In this document: piece after piece, positions 35,307 to 40,516 of the stretch
Position numbering within the stretch: position 1 is the first letter of the stretch
Layout of the letters: every line of letters starts with the position of its first letter
Virus record (IMG/VR): IMGVR_UViG_3300024038_000021
Location: 1-40,516 of that record
DNA: 40,516 nucleotides
From: a virus
Lineage: Duplodnaviria; Caudoviricetes
Strand: one strand, 5' to 3'
Position numbers and translations under genes: made by a program
Notes under the pieces: model-generated
What the model saw: only the letters and a program-made list of their open reading frames with translations
Database searches by the model: none
Told to the model about the DNA's origin: nothing

Positions 35307-35663
35307 ATGGCTGTCTGTAATGTTACCACTCGCCGCGCTGTTTTGACAGCGTTCGGCACCGTCGCGATTTGTGCTTCGCCGGTCGCGGCGCATTCCATCG
35401 ACCCGTTCGTTCCGCTCGCCAGGGAGTTCCTGTCGCTGTTCGACAATCCGGACGACGACGAGAGCGGCGACTGCTCCCAAGGCTGGAACGATCGGATCAG
35501 CGCTCTCGAAAGCGAAATGACCGAGACGCCGCCGCGCACCATGGCCGGCCTGCTGCTCGGGCTGAAGGTCATCCACGCGAACGACATGCTCGCGTGGACC
35601 GATCTGGAAGCGAACATCGTCGCCGCCGGCATCGACATCATCGAGCGGGAGGAACGTGCATGA
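35307..35663 (+). CDS. Phage hypothetical protein with twin-arginine-like N-terminus
   Basis: TRRAVL then a hydrophobic stretch; TPPRT.AGL..KL-like helical domain. Confidence 0.72.
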   Translation: MAVCNVTTRRAVLTAFGTVAICASPVAAHSIDPFVPLAREFLSLFDNPDDDESGDCSQGWNDRISALESEMTETPPRTMAGLLLGLKVIHANDMLAWTDLEANIVAAGIDIIEREERA

Positions 35664-36607
35664 GCGCTCTCATTCCCATTTCATCCGGCTATGCCCACGG
35701 CTCGACGTTCAGCGTCGTCGAGAACAGCGACATCGACCGGGTTCAGATTTTCTTCGACAGCAAGCCGGTCGCGGATGTGCGCACGGCTCTGAAGAAGAAC
35801 CGGTTCTTCTGGTCGCCGACCCACGGGGCATGGCACCGCACGCTCAACGACAACGGCCTCAAGGCGGCACACGCCTTTCTTGAGGCCATGGGCATTCAGA
35901 GCCCCGAGCCGGCCGCGCCTGAGGCCCCTGCTGTTGGGGAGGTGCTGTTCCCGGTCAGGGAGATCGACGACGAGCCGCGCGTGCTCGACACCGATCTTGG
36001 CGCGGCGCTCGGCATGGCTCAGCCACGGAACATCCGCCAGACGATCGAGGCGAATAAGGACGAATTGGCGGCTTACGGATCATCGCATGCGGCGCGTGCG
36101 ATGATCGACTTGGGAAAAGGCGCTCAGCGCGAGGTCACCACCTACTGGCTGAACGAGCCTCAGGCTTTGCTCCTGTGCATGTTCGCCCGGACGCCGAAAG
36201 CCGCCCAGGTGCGTAAGCTCCTGATCGACACGTTCATGGAGTGGCGGCGGCAGCGGCTTGCTCCACCGGCCACTCCGGCGGTCATCGCTCCGGACCCGCG
36301 CACGCGCCTCGCGATGCTGGAGGCCCGCGTTGCACAGCTGGAGGCGGGCGTTCCCGTCCGCCAGCGTCTCCCGGCCACGCCGCCCCCGTATGATCGGGAT
36401 GGCTACTACCAAAGCCGCATCGTACAGTTCGTGCGGGACTTCGGCGGCGCGGCCACCAAGACCGAGCTTTGGCTTCGGCTGCCGCACCGCTTCAAGGTCG
36501 CCCAGGTCAACACATGGCTGGACGCGCTCATTTCGTCCGGCCGGCTGACATGCAGCGTGGAAGTGCGGGGGTATAACTTCGCGATGGTCTACCGCCTGCC
36601 GGTCTGA
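35660..36607 (+). CDS. Multi-domain antirepressor-like protein
   Basis: EPRVLD.DLG..LG...PRNIR....YWLNE.QALL.CMF.RT.KA..VR..LI..F domain, with extra N- and C-terminal domains. Confidence 0.78.
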   Translation: MSALIPISSGYAHGSTFSVVENSDIDRVQIFFDSKPVADVRTALKKNRFFWSPTHGAWHRTLNDNGLKAAHAFLEAMGIQSPEPAAPEAPAVGEVLFPVREIDDEPRVLDTDLGAALGMAQPRNIRQTIEANKDELAAYGSSHAARAMIDLGKGAQREVTTYWLNEPQALLLCMFARTPKAAQVRKLLIDTFMEWRRQRLAPPATPAVIAPDPRTRLAMLEARVAQLEAGVPVRQRLPATPPPYDRDGYYQSRIVQFVRDFGGAATKTELWLRLPHRFKVAQVNTWLDALISSGRLTCSVEVRGYNFAMVYRLPV

Positions 36608-36650
36608 CCGGGGCAGTGCGACCGATCGGCGGCGGTGCCATGGTCCGGCC

Positions 36651-38096
36651 ATGAGCACGTCGCCGATCCCTCCCGTCCTCGACCAGGACCGCTATGCCGC
36701 CTACCAGCCGACGGCGGCCACCACTGATTTTGCGCTCGGGTTCCCGCTGTTCGGTGAGGCGGCTGATGTCGCGGTCTACCTCAACGGAAACCTGCTGACG
36801 TTGACGACTGACTACACTGTGCGGTCAGTCGCGAACGGCGCGAGCCTGACACCGGCTCCGGTGACCGACGCCTATGTCCGCCTCAATGCCGCCATCTCAT
36901 CCGGCAAGCTCGAAATCTACGGCAACTTCCGGCCGCGCCGGACCATTCAGGCGACGGCGCCCTATGGGACGCGCGACTTCAATTTCGCCTTCTCGCTGCT
37001 GATGGCCGCTCTGAGGGAAATGTGGTCGAAGTTCACGCGCGCCCTCAAGGTCCCGGTTGGCGAAGAAGATCTCACCATCCCGAGCAGCGATGACCGGGCG
37101 GGGCAGGTCCTCGCATTTGATCTGGCCGGCAAGCCGGTTGTCGGGGGGCGGTATGCGGAGCTGATGGCGTCAGCATCGGCCGCAGCCATCGCAGCCGCCA
37201 CAGCCAGCGCAGCCGCTACCGCCGCCGCTGCCAGCGCTGCGGCAGCGGCGACATTTGATCCTGCGCTTTACTCGACGACGGCGCAGATCAACACGATGCT
37301 CGCCGACTACGTGCCGACAACGCGCACGATCGCCAGCGGCACCGGCATCCTGATCAACGGCGGCGCGTCGGCCACGCTTGGCAGCACGGTGACCGTATCG
37401 CTCGACCTGCCCGCCAAAGCCCTGGCGCAAGCGGTGTGGACTGCTGGCGTTGAAACGGCTGAAGCGCCGATCAGCCCGGCGAAGCTGGCGGCAACAATCG
37501 CTGCCCTTGTTGGTTCCGGCGTCATGACGCCGAAAAGCGTGCAGACGCTGCTCACCTCCGGCTCCTACACTCCGTCGGCTGGCACGAAATATGTCATTGG
37601 CATCTTGGATGGCGGCGGCGGCCAGGGCGGCGGTGGCGGCGGCGGTGCCAGCGGCGGCGGTGGTGGCGGCGGTGGTCAAACTATATTCATGGCAGTGGTC
37701 GACCCCGCCGTAAGCTATCCCGCCACGATCGGCGCCGGCGGGACTGGCGGCAGCAGCAACCAAAACGGGCTAGCCGGCGGGACCACACAGGTGACCATCG
37801 ACGGAGTGACCTATTCGGCGACCGGGGGTGCCGGCGGCGTCAAGGCGGGCACCGGTTCGGGCACCCCAGGATCGGGCGGGGCTGGCGGATCTGGCACAGG
37901 CGGGATGTTCAATTTCACGGGCAACGCAGGGGGGGCCGGGGTTTCGGGCACCCCCGGAGTGGGCGGTACGCCTTGGCTACCGCTAGACGATCTCAGCGGG
38001 CACGGCGTTGGCGGGGCCGGCTTGCTAGGCGGCAGTTCTGGCTCTGGCTCCGGCGGCACTGCTGGCGCTGCGCGCTTCTTGGAGTTCAAAAAATGA
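36651..38096 (+). CDS. Tail fibre protein with glycine-rich C-terminus
   Basis: N-terminal F...FP.F...DV.VY.NG......DY.V tail-attachment motif; Ala-rich stalk; GGGG repeats. Confidence 0.88.
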   Translation: MSTSPIPPVLDQDRYAAYQPTAATTDFALGFPLFGEAADVAVYLNGNLLTLTTDYTVRSVANGASLTPAPVTDAYVRLNAAISSGKLEIYGNFRPRRTIQATAPYGTRDFNFAFSLLMAALREMWSKFTRALKVPVGEEDLTIPSSDDRAGQVLAFDLAGKPVVGGRYAELMASASAAAIAAATASAAATAAAASAAAAATFDPALYSTTAQINTMLADYVPTTRTIASGTGILINGGASATLGSTVTVSLDLPAKALAQAVWTAGVETAEAPISPAKLAATIAALVGSGVMTPKSVQTLLTSGSYTPSAGTKYVIGILDGGGGQGGGGGGGASGGGGGGGGQTIFMAVVDPAVSYPATIGAGGTGGSSNQNGLAGGTTQVTIDGVTYSATGGAGGVKAGTGSGTPGSGGAGGSGTGGMFNFTGNAGGAGVSGTPGVGGTPWLPLDDLSGHGVGGAGLLGGSSGSGSGGTAGAARFLEFKK

Positions 38097-38647
38097 ACGC
38101 ACTAGTCCTCGACGCCTCGGGCGTCGTCATCGACTCCATTGTTCTCGATGATACAACCGACCCGGCCGCCTTTGGTGCCGTCCTGGCGCCAGAGGGCGCC
38201 GGCATCGGTTGGCAATACGACGGCAGATACTGGACGCCGCCGGTCGAGCCGATGCCCGAACTTACCGATCTCCGCGCCGGCAAGCTCGGGACCATCGTAG
38301 CGGTAGCCGATGCGCTGCTCGCCGCTGGCGCACCGGTCGACGGTGGCCTGCACGTCGCCCTCGACGACGGCAGCCGGGCCGACCTTGCCGCCATGGCCGC
38401 GACCGCAACGGCCGCCGCCAGCGGCGCGGTGAGCTGGCCCGACAGCTACTCGCGCGGCTGGATCACCATCGAGAATCTGCGCATCCCGCTTGCCACGCCC
38501 GCGGCTGGCCGGACGCTCGCCGCCTCGGTGGGCGACTGGTACGCGGCCGTCATGCAGCATCGGCGCGATCTGAAGGATGCCGCGCTGGCGGCCGAGGACG
38601 CCGCAGCGCTCGACGCCATCGACATTTCCGCCGGCTGGCCGGCCTGA
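38093..38647 (+). CDS. Tail fibre assembly-like protein (DUF4376-like)
   Basis: GIGW.YDG..WTPP, WIT..N, LDAIDI.AGWP. Confidence 0.78.
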   Translation: MNALVLDASGVVIDSIVLDDTTDPAAFGAVLAPEGAGIGWQYDGRYWTPPVEPMPELTDLRAGKLGTIVAVADALLAAGAPVDGGLHVALDDGSRADLAAMAATATAAASGAVSWPDSYSRGWITIENLRIPLATPAAGRTLAASVGDWYAAVMQHRRDLKDAALAAEDAAALDAIDISAGWPA

Positions 38648-38658
38648 CAGGAGGCATC

Positions 38659-39318
38659 ATGCGAGCGACTTCTAATTCCGCCATCGAGAAAATCAAACAG
38701 TGGGAAGGGCTTCGCCTCCGCTCCTATCAGGACAGCGCAGGCATCTGGACCATCGGCTACGGCCACACCAGCGATGCCGCCTTCAAAGTCGGTCCCGGTC
38801 AGACGATCACCGAAGCCAAGGCGGCCGAACTCCTGCGTCTCGATCTTCGTGAAGCGGAGCAGGCCGTCGACGACGCGGTGACGGTGTCGCTAACCGATAA
38901 CCAGTTTGGCGCACTCGTCAGCTTCACGTTCAACGTCGGCGCCGCTGCCTTACGGAAGTCGGCGCTGCTGAAGAAGCTCAACGCCGGTGCCTACGACGCC
39001 GTTCCGGCGGAGCTTGCCAAATGGAACAAGGCTGGCGGCAAGGTCGTTCAGGGACTGGTCAACCGCCGCGCGGCGGAGGCTGGCCTGTGGTCGACCGGCG
39101 CCTTCGTGGCAAGCGCGTCGGCGCCGGCAGCGGCCGGGTCGACGATCACCCAGGCTGTAACCAAGCCGGAAGTCCTTGGCGCGGTCACGGCGTCGGCCGG
39201 CGGCATCGCCACGGCGGCATCAGGCAGCGGCCCGCTATCGTGGGCCATTGCCATCGTCATCGTCGGCGCCGCTGCCCTGGTGGCCTTTCTGATCGTGCGG
39301 AAGGAGCTGCGGGCGTGA
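38659..39318 (+). CDS. Endolysin, GH24 lysozyme with C-terminal hydrophobic tail
   Basis: EG.RL..YQDSAGIWTIGYGHT, QFGALVSF.FNVG, GLVNRR.AE. Confidence 0.94.
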   Translation: MRATSNSAIEKIKQWEGLRLRSYQDSAGIWTIGYGHTSDAAFKVGPGQTITEAKAAELLRLDLREAEQAVDDAVTVSLTDNQFGALVSFTFNVGAAALRKSALLKKLNAGAYDAVPAELAKWNKAGGKVVQGLVNRRAAEAGLWSTGAFVASASAPAAAGSTITQAVTKPEVLGAVTASAGGIATAASGSGPLSWAIAIVIVGAAALVAFLIVRKELRA

Positions 39319-39566
39319 TTGCGTTAGCCATCAAGAATTGGCGGCTGGTGTTGGCCGGCATCATAGCCGTTTCCCTGCTGCTAGTCGTGTGGGCAATTTT
39401 CGAGGCCGGTCGAAACAGTGAGCGGGCGAAACAGGATCGGGCGTCCACGGCCGCCCTGCGCGACAGGAGCGCGATCGACGATGCGGTACGGACCGATGAC
39501 GATGTGGCGCTTTGCGTGCGCCTTGGCGGTGGCGACGACTGTCGGAGCCTGCACCACGGGCGGTAG
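39315..39566 (+). CDS. i-spanin (Rz-like)
   Basis: GTG start coupled to the lysin; N-terminal TM; overlaps a lipoprotein ORF. Confidence 0.75.
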   Translation: MIALAIKNWRLVLAGIIAVSLLLVVWAIFEAGRNSERAKQDRASTAALRDRSAIDDAVRTDDDVALCVRLGGGDDCRSLHHGR

Positions 39567-39699
39567 CACCTGCGACGGCTGGCGGCCGATCCCGCTCCAG
39601 CCAGCGACGGCCGTCTACCTCGTCGGCCATGACCGGCCGGCCGGCGAAGCGATCGCCGGGCATCAGGTTTTTGGCCGGAAGAAGTGTGGATGGAATTGA
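39502..39699 (+). CDS. o-spanin (Rz1-like) lipoprotein
   Basis: Lipobox VGAC; C.GWRPI...H...G.K.CGW. Confidence 0.75.
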   Translation: MWRFACALAVATTVGACTTGGSTCDGWRPIPLQPATAVYLVGHDRPAGEAIAGHQVFGRKKCGWN

Positions 39700-39968
39700 T
39701 GCCGGACTACCTTCGCAAGGAACTGACCATTTCCAACGTGGTGTTGATCGTCGGCATTGTGCTTTCGATCGGCGGCGCCTATGCCTCATCGCAGGGGCGC
39801 GACGCCGAGCACGACCGTCGCCTTGCCGAGCAGGCCCGGCGTCTCGACGACGTCGAGACGCAGATACGCGAAGCGCGCGAGACGTCGTCCCGCATCCTGC
39901 AAGCGGTCGCGGCCATGCAAACGGACATCAGCTACTTGCGCGCGTCCGAGGACAAAAGACGCCCCTGA
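39699..39968 (+). CDS. Single-TM coiled-coil protein, holin-like
   Basis: TGATG coupling; one N-terminal TM plus coiled coil; last gene of the lysis cassette. Confidence 0.55.
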   Translation: MPDYLRKELTISNVVLIVGIVLSIGGAYASSQGRDAEHDRRLAEQARRLDDVETQIREARETSSRILQAVAAMQTDISYLRASEDKRRP

Positions 39969-40072
39969 TGCGCTGCGACAGAACGCGAACGTCGTGTCAC
40001 CCGGCATAGTGCATGTGCTTGAAAGACAAATTCACGAGTGACACGGCAGTGTTGATTTTATTGACTTTCTTG

Positions 40073-40121
40073 GCAGCTTCCCAAGCTGAACACGAGGGTT
40101 CGATTCCCTTCACCCGCTCCA
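40073..40121 (+). other. attR core: 3' portion of tRNA-Gly(CCC)
   Basis: CAGC-TTCCCAA-GCTG anticodon arm, GAGGG-TTCGATT-CCCTT T-arm, CACCCGC-TCCA end; no 5' acceptor strand or D-arm upstream. Confidence 0.9.
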
Positions 40122-40162
40122 GCTCTCTCCATGCTTTCAATGAATTGACCACCTCCGGCCGC

Positions 40163-40516
40163 TCACTCCTCGGGCGACCAGGCGATCGGCACGCTGTCCT
40201 TGGGGTCGTAGGGCGACTTGATGAACACCGCCTTCCACGGCGTGTCGCCGCGGTTGACCACGTGGTGGCCCTCGCCGGGCTCGCAGCGCAGGAAGTCGCC
40301 GACCCCCAGCACGTGCAACTCGCCGTCGACATACATGTGCACCTCGCCGGCGATCGTCAGGAAATTCTCCTCGACGTGCTGGTGCTTGTGGGTGGAGAAA
40401 TGCTGGCCGGGTTGCAGCGTCACCACGCCGACGTCGATGCGCGGCCCGCGCACCAGGTATTTGGGACCGTGGTCGCCGAAGCGATAGGCGTGCTCGTCTT
40501 CTCGGGTCTTGAACAT
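40163..40516 (-). CDS. Host cupin-domain protein
   Basis: H.H....E......G and PGEGH...N cupin motifs; outside attR. Confidence 0.88.
   Translation of the reverse strand: MFKTREDEHAYRFGDHGPKYLVRGPRIDVGVVTLQPGQHFSTHKHQHVEENFLTIAGEVHMYVDGELHVLGVGDFLRCEPGEGHHVVNRGDTPWKAVFIKSPYDPKDSVPIAWSPEE

Larger units (their letters stand above)
1..40121. mobile_element. Temperate podovirus-like prophage, left end outside the window, integrated at tRNA-Gly(CCC)
   Basis: Contiguous switch, replication, terminase, portal, capsid, tail-tube, internal virion and lysis genes ending at a 3' tRNA fragment; a host-type gene follows. Confidence 0.96.

Noticed and set aside
36651-38096. Diversity-generating retroelement targeting the tail fibre
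   Set aside because: No reverse transcriptase and no template/variable repeat pair seen
40045-40121. Complete tRNA-Gly gene
   Set aside because: The 5' acceptor strand (GCGGGTG) and D-arm are absent

Overview
Almost the whole window (1 to about 40121) is one temperate, podovirus-like prophage in a high-GC host that looks alphaproteobacterial. The left end (integrase, attL) lies outside the window. In order, it contains: leftward early genes; a cI/cro-type switch with repeated operators; a recombination/replication module (RusA, AAA ATPase, SSB, MazG-like pyrophosphatase, Cas4-like nuclease, RNase H, SF2 helicase, primase-polymerase/helicase); an inserted hicAB pair next to an iteron-like array; packaging and head genes; short-tail and internal virion genes; an accessory island; tail fibre; and lysis genes. 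It ends at a 3' fragment of tRNA-Gly(CCC) (attR), followed by a host cupin gene. The most notable unexplained signals are: (1) a ~110-nt, highly structured, bistable RNA leader in front of a NYN-domain RNase gene, which can bury its ribosome-binding site (candidate RNA-controlled toxin or anti-phage system); (2) a repeated phage-specific late-promoter motif, (CCG)GGGCAGTGCG, at four sites, two of them exactly 30 nt before SD-less ATGs; (3) a Mom-like GNAT gene inside the virion operon; (4) an ORF missing from the supplied track that fuses a macrodomain-like region to a GDYGAASAT perfect-repeat protein. All family calls come from motif recognition by eye; no database search was run.
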